The notes under the pieces were generated by a model. It saw nothing but the letters and a program-made list of their open reading frames with translations. It had not been told where the DNA came from and did no database searches. A stretch of 62,769 bases of DNA, the filler included, from Aduncisulcus paluster (Eukaryota), in NCBI GenBank assembly GCA_024181965.1. It is 6 parts of 6 records of this genome, joined end to end, with 100 filler letters (N's around TTAATTAATTAA, not from the genome) between each part and the next. Parts side by side here need not be neighbours in the genome. Positions count along the whole stretch, not along the records: positions 11,094 to 15,728 come from BQXS01011134.1; positions 15,829 to 26,631 come from BQXS01011135.1; 4 more parts are not named here. One strand, 5' to 3'. This document shows, piece after piece, positions 11,181 to 21,816 of this stretch. The translations under genes were made by a program, and so were the position numbers. The stretch's first letter is position 1; each line of letters begins with the position of its first letter.

Positions 11181-11608
11181 TTTGTGCTCTCAAATCATCG
11201 AAAAAGCTTGGTTGGATTGGATCGTTTTGTAGAACCCGCCATTCTTAATAAATATTTATTTCAACTCGTTATATTGCAATATTAGATATTATGATACAAG
11301 ATATTAACGACTCATATCATGTTAAGGCTGATATGAATGATGAAGATTTTTCCACATTGAATATGGATAGCTGATGGTTAAAAAAATCATATCCCCAATA
11401 GTTGGTTTTGCGATTAAAATAAATCAAACCAATAAGTCGGAATAACTCGGTCAATTGTTCAGATACAGATGATTCGATCAAGCATCCAAAAAATTCCCTA
11501 TTGACCGTTTTGTTGAATAAGGAATTAATTAATTTATTATTTTATATTTTTTATCTTCGAATCCATTCCAATTTTTAATTTATTTTGTGTAAATATCTTG
11601 TTTGAACA

Positions 11609-14600
11609 ATGCTAATTACCCATCCCCCTACTCTTCGTATTTTAAGTGCAGGATCTGTAGATCTTGCTCCTGTTGCAGTTTTAGAAAGTGATACTGATGG
11701 AACAGCATTATTTAATTGTCCAGAAGGAACACAGCGTCTATTTAATATCGTGAAATCGAAACTGGCCAGTGTTAATGATATTTTCCTTAGTCATGTATCA
11801 TCCCAAACTCTCCTTGGAATGCCTGGTTTGTTTTTGACACAACTTATGGGAGCTTCCTCCCAACCCGGTGCACAGGCCAAAGAAGATGCAGGTATCCCTC
11901 TCCTATCTCCTCGAGTCTGGGGTAATTGTCCAAAAGAATCCCCCCAATACAAGTTAATAACGCGTATGATGTCGGTTACTGCCCATCCTGGTAGTGTAAA
12001 ATGCATTGATCTCTCTGTCAATAGTATTGTCGCCAAGCCTTCCCTTGATGTCACTGAGAGTGTCAAGAACCAGGATATCGATTCATTATATTCTGAAATC
12101 AAGAAACAATATAAGTTAAACAATGAAGTTTCAACAACTATTCATAAGGGAACCAAAATTACTCCAATTATTGTTACTCGAATCGTTCCAGGATTAAAGG
12201 ATGATTCTGTTGCCGTATGTGACCCGACAGAATTCAAAGATGATAGAATCTTTAAGATTGTTTCGACCATTGTTGGATGGAGAATTGATATCCCATCCCT
12301 TCAGGGAAAATTTGATGGAAAGCGTGCAAAATCTCTCGGTGTTTCTGGTAGAAATTGTGGTAAGTTGATTGCTGGTGAGTCTGTCCCTGGTAAAGATGGC
12401 ATTACTGTTCATCCGAGTGATGTAGTTTCCCCTCCCACTCCTATCCGCCCCATTATTCTCTTGACAAATGTCTGGGATAGTATTGAGAGAGTGATGTGGA
12501 GTGAATCTCTTGAGGATGGAAATTCTATCTGCAGACGTGAGGTACAGAGAGTGTATGAAGAATACATGGGAGGTGACAGTGAGCTTGAATTGCCATTGTC
12601 CCTATCTGATTCATCATCTTCTTTCCCTTCTTCTCCCATCAGCCCTAGTTCCTTCACGCTTGCCCCTCTCGTTGTGCGTTTATCAAACAATCCAGAACCT
12701 CGTGATTCCACCTCATTCTCCTCATGGATTAAAGAGACCGAGTCGATATCTGAACATTGCATCCATTTTATCGGCAAGGAATACTGCACACAAAGGAGTA
12801 GAGTAATTGGTGAAGAAGAAGAAGAAGGAGATGAAGAAGAGACAAGAGGAAATCCTTATTCTTCGATGAACGATCTCGTTAAGTTGTGTGTTTCTCCTGA
12901 TATTCTTGATTCTCCATTGGGGACCCCTTCCCATTGCCCTTCATTTTCATTCTATGATTTGCAATCAATCTTCCCCTTTTCTCGCTTTTTACATACAGCT
13001 GTTGATCAGTTTGCTGGAATATCGTCCGAATATAACATTCTCTATCCATTGAGCGAGCGTATGAGAGATTGGTCCTCAATTGGTGTGACACCGATCGATA
13101 TGGTTATTCACACTGCCGATGAAAAAACAAAGATTTCCCTCCCAAGGCATTGCGATATCTGTGTTTCATTGTCACTACGGGGAAGAAAGAAGTCCGTTGT
13201 TGAAGATGTGATTGCACTCCCCGATGGGTATGGAGTATCCATAGTTTGTGATGAAGGAGTATGGACAGATGCACATGCATTCTTCGACGGAAGGAGGAAA
13301 GAGAAAGAGAAGGCAAAGAAGAACGGTGGGAAAAAGAAATCAAAGCAAACCAAGAAATCCCCGAGTAATCAAACTGAAGTTGCGTCGATAAAACAAGAGT
13401 TGGATTCCTCAAAGCTTATTCCAGAAAAAGATGTATTGTCGGATGCTGATGTTTATAGTATGTTATCTGACAAATGCAAATTGGTGTCTAAATCAGATAC
13501 TTGTGCAAAACCAAGTGTTGATGCATCGATTACAATGACATCTCTCGATCCCATTGTCATTCTACCTCTTGGTACAGGTGCTGCAATGCCTAGCAAGTAT
13601 CGTAATGTATCGAGTATGCTTGTATGCATGAAATCCAAGCCACACGCGTCTGATGATGATTCTGAACCCTCCCATTCTGTCTTCATGGTCGATTGTGGAG
13701 AAGGTGCACTTAATCAACTCCAAACCCTCTTCTCTCAGCATCAGCTCTGCTCTATTTTGGTATCTCTCCAAGTTATCTTCATCACTCATCCACATGCAGA
13801 TCATTTACTGGGTCTTTGGAGTCTAATCAGTGCCCGAAGAGAGGCCTTTACACTGCTTGGCAAGCCCTACGTTCCTCTTTGTATCGTCTGCAGTGTCCCA
13901 TGCCAACGTCTCGTCAGAATGTCACTCAGAGTTGATGAGGAGAGATGCATTGGATCTGAGAAAGATGTTGTATTCATGCATCCCGTGGCTTTTTTGCCCA
14001 AGATTGAATCCATGAAAACGTGTATTACATCACATTCTTCTGAATCCCCTTCCAAAACCATCTCCTCGAATCCCATTTCCGTGTACACACTCGATTCTCT
14101 TCTCCAAATGTCTAACTCTGAGTCGTTTAGATACCGTTGTTATGGTGGAACAGTGTGGGTTCAGCAAGACAGTTCAGGGAAAACTGTGGCTGGAATGTGT
14201 GAGCCTGAAGAAGGGATGAGCATGTCAGAGTGGGAAAAGGTGAAAGATATCGCCATCAAATGGCATCAAAAGGAATTAGATACTTTGTATTCATCATATC
14301 CTTCCTTTTCATTATTCGTCTCTTCCTTGGTGCAATCTTTTACCATGGTTCCTGTGAACCATTGTGCAGAAAGCTATGCTCTGGTTTGTGAGGGGGATAA
14401 TGTCGTCCTTGGATGCAGTGGCGATTGCATGCCATGCGAAAGCTTTGTAAGGGAGATGAGACGAAAGGGAAAGCGGACAGAGGACTGTCGTGTTGAACAC
14501 CAGAAGGGTGAAGAGGAAGAATTGCCTTACCTTGTATGTGTCCATGAGGCTACCTTGAATCCAGGCATGGAAGACATGGCCCTCGACAAGAGCCATGCGA

Positions 14601-14995
14601 CTGTTACGCAAGCGATGCAAGTAGCTTTATTATGTGAATGCAATGCTCTTTTACTCACTCACTTCTCACAAAGATACGGAAGAGGATTCCCCGATACTTC
14701 TATTCTTTCTCAGACAACAACTCTCAAAGAAATGCTCCTTGAGCTCGGAAAAGAGCGTCATAAGCAGGAAGATTCTTTCGATTTGGTGGTCCCCATCGAA
14801 TTATCGTGGTTTGATCTGGTGAAGCAAGGAATATACAGACAAGATATAAGAAATATTCATGAAATATCCAAAGAAAGAGGTGCTTTGACAATTGCTTCTG
14901 CTCTTGACCTCTGTATTTATACAAAGGATACAATGAATGTCTGGGAAAAATCTACAAAGGAATTGGGAGAGTTGTTGAGGATCTTAGATCTCTAA
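11609..14995 (+). CDS. ELAC2: Long-form tRNase Z (metallo-beta-lactamase fold)
   Basis: N-terminal LFNCPEGTQR pseudo-motif, exosite GKFD...LGV...GKLIAGE, LGTGAAMPSKYRNVSS, VDCGEG, HPHADH (HxHxDH), HEAT and LTHFSQRY. Confidence 0.95.
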   Translation: MLITHPPTLRILSAGSVDLAPVAVLESDTDGTALFNCPEGTQRLFNIVKSKLASVNDIFLSHVSSQTLLGMPGLFLTQLMGASSQPGAQAKEDAGIPLLSPRVWGNCPKESPQYKLITRMMSVTAHPGSVKCIDLSVNSIVAKPSLDVTESVKNQDIDSLYSEIKKQYKLNNEVSTTIHKGTKITPIIVTRIVPGLKDDSVAVCDPTEFKDDRIFKIVSTIVGWRIDIPSLQGKFDGKRAKSLGVSGRNCGKLIAGESVPGKDGITVHPSDVVSPPTPIRPIILLTNVWDSIERVMWSESLEDGNSICRREVQRVYEEYMGGDSELELPLSLSDSSSSFPSSPISPSSFTLAPLVVRLSNNPEPRDSTSFSSWIKETESISEHCIHFIGKEYCTQRSRVIGEEEEEGDEEETRGNPYSSMNDLVKLCVSPDILDSPLGTPSHCPSFSFYDLQSIFPFSRFLHTAVDQFAGISSEYNILYPLSERMRDWSSIGVTPIDMVIHTADEKTKISLPRHCDICVSLSLRGRKKSVVEDVIALPDGYGVSIVCDEGVWTDAHAFFDGRRKEKEKAKKNGGKKKSKQTKKSPSNQTEVASIKQELDSSKLIPEKDVLSDADVYSMLSDKCKLVSKSDTCAKPSVDASITMTSLDPIVILPLGTGAAMPSKYRNVSSMLVCMKSKPHASDDDSEPSHSVFMVDCGEGALNQLQTLFSQHQLCSILVSLQVIFITHPHADHLLGLWSLISARREAFTLLGKPYVPLCIVCSVPCQRLVRMSLRVDEERCIGSEKDVVFMHPVAFLPKIESMKTCITSHSSESPSKTISSNPISVYTLDSLLQMSNSESFRYRCYGGTVWVQQDSSGKTVAGMCEPEEGMSMSEWEKVKDIAIKWHQKELDTLYSSYPSFSLFVSSLVQSFTMVPVNHCAESYALVCEGDNVVLGCSGDCMPCESFVREMRRKGKRTEDCRVEHQKGEEEELPYLVCVHEATLNPGMEDMALDKSHATVTQAMQVALLCECNALLLTHFSQRYGRGFPDTSILSQTTTLKEMLLELGKERHKQEDSFDLVVPIELSWFDLVKQGIYRQDIRNIHEISKERGALTIASALDLCIYTKDTMNVWEKSTKELGELLRILDL

Positions 14996-15728
14996 TTTAT
15001 CTTCTGACTTGGAAATAGGCCAGTCTACCCCCTCCTTGTTCATTGAGTTGCAAGGTAAAATTTCAGTCGTTTCAAGGCTCTTCTTCTTGATCAATTCGTA
15101 TGTGTTTAATAAATACCATTTCCCATGGAAGTAAGCACAGCATGTTGTTTTAAGCAAGGAAGCAGATAAAGACAAACAATAATATTATTGATCTTCAAGA
15201 TTCTTGAAAATGTATTCAAAGAAATTGAAGATTGTGGGATATCAATGGAGTCTTTCTGAGTAAATGAGCAAGTAGAGCAAAATGGTGATGTCAATTGTTC
15301 CTATGGAGATCAAAAGAATATTCGAGAATAAAAGTGATAGAATGACAAAAATGTCGTCAGAGTAGCCATTCAGCATAAGATTCAAAAATATCTATAAAAT
15401 ACACCAAGTTCATATAAAAGTAAGCAAAGATATAACAACAAAATATTTATAATACCATATTATAAGTTCTATATCTTCAATATGGAAGCCAAAAGGATGA
15501 TTTTGGCTCGATCTTTTTTGTCATGGTCATATAATGGATTTTGTATGCTTCATAAATAATGAGTGAAAAATATATTAAGATAAGATTTTTATCTTAATGG
15601 AATTGATTCGGCAATAGCTGTCATTACCTGTCGTCTTCGAGTGATTTATGTTTCTTGGCAAGATTAAATATTTGACTCGGGGGGGTTTATTCAATTGTGA
15701 TTAGCATATTCTAATAAAGATTTATGGT

Positions 15729-15828
15729 NNNNNNNNNNNNNNNNNNNNNNNNNNNNNNNNNNNNNNNNNNNNTTAATTAATTAANNNNNNNNNNNNNNNN
15801 NNNNNNNNNNNNNNNNNNNNNNNNNNNN
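15729..15828. other. Artificial contig spacer
   Basis: N44-TTAATTAATTAA-N44. Confidence 0.97.
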
Positions 15829-15830
15829 AC

Positions 15831-17726
15831 TCTGATTCCATTGCTACAACTCGTGAAGGTGATGTTATGATGCGTGTTGCTGTTCCATCCCGCATTGCTG
15901 AAAACTTACGTCTCCCCCCCAGTCGTCTCCCTCTCCTCGCCACTCTTCTCTCCAATGATGCTGTCCCCTCTTGGTGTGTCGCTCCCTTGTTGGCCTCAGG
16001 CAAGGCTAAGGCTGCTCCTGTCATTGAGGATGATTCCTTGTTAGACGATCATCCTGAATCCCCCCACCACTCTTCTTCAGTTCTCATCATCCGTGACTGG
16101 TTAGAGAAACGTCATCTCGAGAAAGAAAGCGACATTCTTGTTGAGGCTGCCCGTTTCTGTTCCAAGGATGTCTCTGTTCGTTGTCTGATGCTCAAGCATG
16201 TTCTCGAAGAAGGTGAGAAGATCAAAGATGTCGACATTGAAACAATCTCCAGAGAAATCAAAGACGACCGTGAGAGTGGTGTTAGTGACCAAGAATCCCT
16301 CCGTGCTCTCCTTGCCAAGCAGAACCAGAAGACTACAGGAAAGGACAAAAAGAAAGGAGAAGAAGAAGGAGAGATTACCAAAGAGGACCATAGACCTCTC
16401 GTTGACACTCTCCAGCTTTTATCAATCCCACACACATATGCTAGGCTCCTTGCTATGTTCGAGGAGAGCATCGAGCTATTTAAACCCATCAAGCCAGTTC
16501 CCACAGTTGTGCGCCCCCTTGACTTCCTTTTGAAGCACGAGGACAAGAAGAAAGCTGAGCGTCGTGAAGCCATTCGTGTTGAGAAGAAAAAGAAGATCTC
16601 TCATCCTCTCCCAACTCCCCTGATTAAGGCTTACACTGCTGGTCAACTCTCTGTCAAATTGATGGAGGTGGCCATTAAAGGACACATGTGGCTGGAAGGA
16701 AATGGCGGTCTTGATGATTACCTGACCCCTATTGTTTCCAAGGAGATACCTAAGGATGAATCCTCTGATGTCGCCACTCCTACAGTAGCCCCTGTCTTCC
16801 TCTCTGCCCCTGCCCTTCTCCGTGATGTCCGTCGTGTTGCTTATGGTATCCTTCTTGACGGAAACAGCAGTGCCACCGTTGGAGAGTGGACTAGAGTGGA
16901 GAATGATAAGGTTGAAATGGAAGAAGTCACTCCCATTGTCTCAATTGAGCATCTCGGAGAAGAGGGCAAGCCCAAGGTCGTTATTCCCATCAATCATGGT
17001 ATCCTAAAGAAGAGTGCCGAGGAACGTTTGGCTGTCCTTGCTCATGTCTGTGGATTTACCAATGAGACGGAGGTTAAGCGTCTGCGTGACTGTGGAGAAA
17101 AACTTTCCCTCCTTGCTATGTGTCTTCGTCTCTGTATCATCAAGGGAGGTCTCAAGCAAAGTGATGTTGAGGCCATTGCTCTCCACTCTATATCTCCCCC
17201 ACCCGCCACTACCATTGTCTCAGCTTTGAGTCACAAGGGAATCAACAAGGACAGGGCCTTCTTCCGTGTTTGTGGAGTGTGGACACGTGCTCTCGAAGCC
17301 CTTCTCATGCTCAACGATGCTCTCTTGCGCCCCCTCGAGGTGTCTGCAGAGACGATGAGCCTCATCATGAATGGACAATCTCTTGCATACACCTTGACCA
17401 ACGCTGGTACTCACCGTTCTCTCTTTCACAAGTACAGTGATGTCGTGTATGGTACAAAGAGTGTTCTTGATGGAATTGGGACTAGGGATGATGGATTTGA
17501 TCAGGATGATGGCTTTGTGACAGTGAAAGGAAAGGTTGATAAGCGTGTGCAAGGAGATGACGATGCTCTTGAGAATGGACGCTTAGTGCTTAGAGCGGCT
17601 GTTCTTGGGACTAGCGAGGAAAAGAAGGTCGTTATTAGAGAGAAAAAGCACCAGAGAAAGAGGGAGAGGAAAGATAAGAAAGAAGAGAAAACCGATTCAA
17701 GAAAATCTATGTTCTCATTCTTCTAA
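15831..17726 (+). CDS. FAM120/asteroid-like protein, C-terminal part (5'-truncated)
   Basis: Frame is open from the contig edge. VRRVAYGILL...VGEW and ALLMLNDALLRP...NG resemble the FAM120/ASTE1 C-terminal region. C-ending codons are frequent. Confidence 0.6.
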   Translation, partial: SDSIATTREGDVMMRVAVPSRIAENLRLPPSRLPLLATLLSNDAVPSWCVAPLLASGKAKAAPVIEDDSLLDDHPESPHHSSSVLIIRDWLEKRHLEKESDILVEAARFCSKDVSVRCLMLKHVLEEGEKIKDVDIETISREIKDDRESGVSDQESLRALLAKQNQKTTGKDKKKGEEEGEITKEDHRPLVDTLQLLSIPHTYARLLAMFEESIELFKPIKPVPTVVRPLDFLLKHEDKKKAERREAIRVEKKKKISHPLPTPLIKAYTAGQLSVKLMEVAIKGHMWLEGNGGLDDYLTPIVSKEIPKDESSDVATPTVAPVFLSAPALLRDVRRVAYGILLDGNSSATVGEWTRVENDKVEMEEVTPIVSIEHLGEEGKPKVVIPINHGILKKSAEERLAVLAHVCGFTNETEVKRLRDCGEKLSLLAMCLRLCIIKGGLKQSDVEAIALHSISPPPATTIVSALSHKGINKDRAFFRVCGVWTRALEALLMLNDALLRPLEVSAETMSLIMNGQSLAYTLTNAGTHRSLFHKYSDVVYGTKSVLDGIGTRDDGFDQDDGFVTVKGKVDKRVQGDDDALENGRLVLRAAVLGTSEEKKVVIREKKHQRKRERKDKKEEKTDSRKSMFSFF

Positions 17727-18553
17727 ATGGATCCAATTTGTTTCTGAGTGATTTTGTGATTCTCCAAAAGTAAAATATTTTGAAATATTAATTTCACTCA
17801 GAATTATAGATATTGTGAATATTTATATTTATTTGGGTATGCCATACACAAAACAACATTTGAAGAACAGTTCTTGGTTTCATCACAATACATAATATAG
17901 ATTTGTTGCAAAAAATCCAATTTTTGTTTATGAATTTTTAAATTTACCTGATAATAATCCGATTATTTTCCCCAACTTGAGCTTCTTGAAGATGTCTAGA
18001 TCTATCGCTTTCCTTGTGCTACTGTTCCATTTTTATCTGTCCAACATCATTAATCTGTTTATTAAAAAAATATCCTTTTAAATAACACAGTTGAACCACA
18101 AAATTTTCCTGGAAAAAAACAACAAACAAACGTAAATAGCGGTTGTTGTCTTACCATTATAAAAAATACCATAAAAGAAAAGAAAAAAAAAAAAAAAAAA
18201 CCATAAAAATTACCAGATTATAACCATAATTAGAGCATCACATAATTGTAAAGGAATATTAAGTCAAAAGTAGAAAGATTAAAACAATGTAAATATCGCC
18301 ATGAATTAATTATAGGACTTATAAAAATAGATATATATTGATATAGATATATATATTAATAGATACCATATATATATATAGCACTTATCGAGGTTCACTA
18401 AATAATACGAGAAAAAAGAGAAAATACATGGACGCAAAGATAGATAGAAAGAAAGTAAGAAAGAGATTATAGAGAAGCATATAGAGCAGAAAAGCAATCA
18501 GAAAAGAAACCCGTAAAGATAGAAAAAAATCATTCAAATTCAATTTGAATCCT

Positions 18554-19603
18554 TCAAAACATGGGTCCTTTCCGTTGTATAAGAGATTTCACGAATAAAA
18601 ACAAATCTTGCAAATGTTCGTTCGACAAAGTAGGTAAAATTGCTAAAATTTCCTGTAAAGAGAGGAGATTTTTTTTTGGTTCGTATTCCGCTTCGGCTTT
18701 AGTTGTAACACGAGGAAAAATATGAGGTTCAGGCGAGTAACTCAATGAAGGAACACTGGAGTAGACAAGTGGATGAGATGTTAAGATATCTTCAGGCTTT
18801 GGAAAAGTTGAAGACTGATCAAATGAGCAAGATTCATGTCTCATGGTAGAAGTATGGGGAGAAATAAAAGGTTGGTCCCTCCAATTATGAGAAGATACCA
18901 TATGAGTGCGAGCAGTCTTCATTGTTGGGAAACTAGCCGCTCTTCTTGCCTTACCTTCAGAGAATTGATCATGTGGCGGGGAAATTGAAGATCGATAATA
19001 AGATCCATACTCAGGACATGATCGTTCTTCAGGAAAGCAAGAATCACCAGCATGATAATAGATGGTTGATAAAGAAGAATGAGTTCGAAGAGGATGAGGC
19101 GGAACGAAGCCTTGTGGGAATGAGCTATAGGAAGAATAACCAGATATTGTTGATTTACATTCACGAGTTTCACACCGATAGGGGATTTTTGATTCAGATG
19201 CATACTTTCCAACTTGATGAGAAGGATTGGATGGGGGATGTGGATGTTCAGAAATTGGACCATAATGATTTGAACGAGGCAATGAAGGATGTAATTGAAT
19301 GTCAAATCCAGAATCTCTGACTTCTCTTTCCCCCTTTATACCACTTTCAATGGGACTATCGATGGTCGATATCTTCGGTTTCCTACTTGTTGAAATTTCA
19401 GCAGAGAGGCGATTTTTGTTAAGAATATACCCATTAAACTGTTGTAATGCATATGCTTCCTCTTCAGGAGTTGAAAAATCAACATAACCATATCGACATC
19501 TTGGATATTTTGATAACCTCAATACATTTCCAAATTTCAGAGCAATTTCCATTATTGTTTTTTTTGGAGTCTTTTCAGGAATATTTAGCAATTTAATTGT
19601 CAT
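18554..19603 (-). CDS. RRM-domain protein with disordered Ser/Pro-rich tail
   Basis: IKLLNIP (RNP2-like), RYGYVDF (RNP1) and FNGYILNKNRLSAEIS. ATG 19603 is preferred over the upstream AT-rich extension to 19690. Confidence 0.8.
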   Translation of the reverse strand: MTIKLLNIPEKTPKKTIMEIALKFGNVLRLSKYPRCRYGYVDFSTPEEEAYALQQFNGYILNKNRLSAEISTSRKPKISTIDSPIESGIKGEREVRDSGFDIQLHPSLPRSNHYGPISEHPHPPSNPSHQVGKYASESKIPYRCETRECKSTISGYSSYSSFPQGFVPPHPLRTHSSLSTIYYHAGDSCFPEERSCPEYGSYYRSSISPPHDQFSEGKARRAASFPTMKTARTHMVSSHNWRDQPFISPHTSTMRHESCSFDQSSTFPKPEDILTSHPLVYSSVPSLSYSPEPHIFPRVTTKAEAEYEPKKNLLSLQEILAILPTLSNEHLQDLFLFVKSLIQRKGPMF

Positions 19604-20610
19604 TTCATTGATTGTTTGCAGCAAAAAATTCACCGAAAACTTTGTCAACAAAAATTTCGAAAATTTTGGTAAAATAATTCCCATATTCAACCATTAATTT
19701 TTTAGAACCTGTTCATTTCCTTTTTATTCAAAATATTCGTTTTTCTTCTTTTTTTTTTCCCATTAATTGAGGGGAAATTTTTCATCGATTTTCAAAGCGG
19801 ATGCATTGAGTCTTTTTTTGCAGTTTCATCCAAGTTTTCCTTTGGTAAATATCCAAGTTGAAAATATTTGGATATTTAATATCCACAGATTTCTGCAATT
19901 GGGTTTGATTGATAGTTTTTTTTTTGGATCATCATGAGTGATTGAACTAAGCTCGTTTTGATTCTTTCACTCAGTAGTTGAAGTTCAATTATATAACACT
20001 ATTATCAAAGAAATTAAATAATGGGTAATTCAACATTAGGTGTGGTGTTTGGTACAATTTCAATCTGTTGNNNNNNNNNNNNNNNNNNNNATTATTGTTT
20101 TTTTTGGAGTCTTTTCAGGAATATTTAGCAATTTAATTGTCATTTCATTGATTGTTTGCAGCAAAAAATTCACCGAAAACTTTGTCAACAAAAATTTCGA
20201 AAATTTTGGTAAAATAATTCCCATATTCAACCATTAATTTTTTAGAACCTGTTCATTTCCTTTTTATTCAAAATATTCGTTTTTCTTCTTTTTTTTTTTC
20301 CCATTAATTGAGGGGAAATTTTTCATCGATTTTCAAAGCGGATGCATTGAGTCTTTTTTTGCAGTTTCATCCAAGTTTTCCTTTGGTAAATATCCAAGTT
20401 GAAAATATTTGGATATTTAATATCCACAGATTTCTGCAATTGGGTTTGATTGATAGTTTTTTTTTGGATCATCATGAGTGATTGAACTAAGCTCGTTTTG
20501 ATTCTTTCACTCAGTAGTTGAAGTTCAATTATATAACACTATTATCAAAGAAATTAAATAATGGGTAATTCAACATTAGGTGTGGTGTTTGGTACAATTT
20601 CAATCTGTTG
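19551..20610. repeat. Assembly artefact: 520-bp duplicated overlap around 20-N gap
   Basis: 19551-20070 matches 20091-20610 except for two compensating poly-T length differences. Confidence 0.95.
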
Positions 20611-21436
20611 CTGGATGTTTGCTCAGTTTCCGCAGATTATAAAGAGTTGTAAGGCTAAAGAAGTAGAATCTCTGAGCGGATTGTTTATTTTAGCTTGGCT
20701 TCTGGGGGATTCTACGAATCTTATTGGGGCATTACTCACAAATGGTATTGCCACTCAGATAGCAGCTGGAATCTATTATTTCATTGTAGATATGATTATG
20801 ATTGGAATGTATATCATGTTTCGTGATAGTGATCCTTCTGATACTCAAATTAGAGCTAATTTACTCTCTGATGGGTCTAGTTCCAAGTCTGATAGCCGTG
20901 ACCCCTCAAATTCCTCTAATTCTGAGGAGAATGAGCATAATCCAGTGAAATATTCGGATGGATTTGAGTTTAAAGCGAATCTCTTCCCTCTTTTCTTGAT
21001 TTTCTTCGCCCTTTTCTCTGGTTCTAAAAGTATCTTTATCGGGGAAGAATCAGAGGCCATAGAGACCAGTCCTGTGAAAACTCTTGAAATTTCAACCGAT
21101 AGTTTTTGGTATAAGCTTGGAATTGTCATTGGATATATTTCCGCTTTTTGTTACCTGTCTTCTCGTGTCTTTCAGATTGTTAAAAACGCCAAAAACAAAC
21201 TAGTCGATGGTCTTTCACCTATCATGTTTGTGATGGCTGTCTTGGCCAATTCTTTTTACGTCGCATCCATTTTTGCCACCTCAACCGATGCTGATTATCT
21301 CATTAAGCAAATTCCATGGTTACTTGGAAGTGGTGGTGTCGTTCTTCTCGATTTTACTGTCCTTATACAGTATTTTTCATACCGTCAGCCTACGCTGTCT
21401 CCTTCCCTTGAAGAGGAAGAAGATTCGTCATTATAA
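20561..21436 (+). CDS. PQ-loop lysosomal/vacuolar amino-acid transporter (PQLC2/Ypq family)
   Basis: CWMFAQFPQI...SLSGLFILAWLLGD..NLIGA; second repeat YLSSRVFQI...GLS..MF..AVLAN..Y...PWLLGS; about seven hydrophobic segments. Confidence 0.9.
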   Translation: MGNSTLGVVFGTISICCWMFAQFPQIIKSCKAKEVESLSGLFILAWLLGDSTNLIGALLTNGIATQIAAGIYYFIVDMIMIGMYIMFRDSDPSDTQIRANLLSDGSSSKSDSRDPSNSSNSEENEHNPVKYSDGFEFKANLFPLFLIFFALFSGSKSIFIGEESEAIETSPVKTLEISTDSFWYKLGIVIGYISAFCYLSSRVFQIVKNAKNKLVDGLSPIMFVMAVLANSFYVASIFATSTDADYLIKQIPWLLGSGGVVLLDFTVLIQYFSYRQPTLSPSLEEEEDSSL

Positions 21437-21816
21437 TTATAAAATGGTTATAGTATTGAACAGAATTGTTACATACTCCGCAATAATACAATACAATATT
21501 TGGCAATTATTAATTTATTTCGATTATTTGAACTAAAATATTTTCCGCTAACTTGTAGTATTGTGGTTAAATTTTACTTTTTTTTTTTTAATTTGATTGG
21601 TTGATTTTTCTCTCTTTTTCCTCTTTCGTAATTTTAGTACATATATTTAACAGCATAATCTCATTCCGATTCTTTATCATATATTTTCGGTTCGGTTTGC
21701 TATCTACATTGTTGTACACTCGCCAAAATATTGGGAAGAGCATTAAATTGCTTTTAAAATCACATTGATAAATTATTATTTAATATTTATTTAATATTTA
21801 TTCCATATTTATATTA

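Noticed and set aside
11337-11374. ATGATGA...CTGA box C/D-like pairs here and at 51726-51768
   Set aside because: The spacing is only about 30 nt, the guides are AT-rich with no recognisable rRNA complement, and such motifs are expected by chance.
14996-15728. Possible spliced gene or pseudogene downstream of RNase Z
   Set aside because: Splice-like signals exist, but every frame I tried contains stops and no protein family is recognisable.
17742-17803. 3' UTR hairpin TTCTGAGTGA/TCACTCAGAA as a SECIS element
   Set aside because: There is no proper helix II above a UGA/GA quartet, and the visible CDS has no in-frame TGA.
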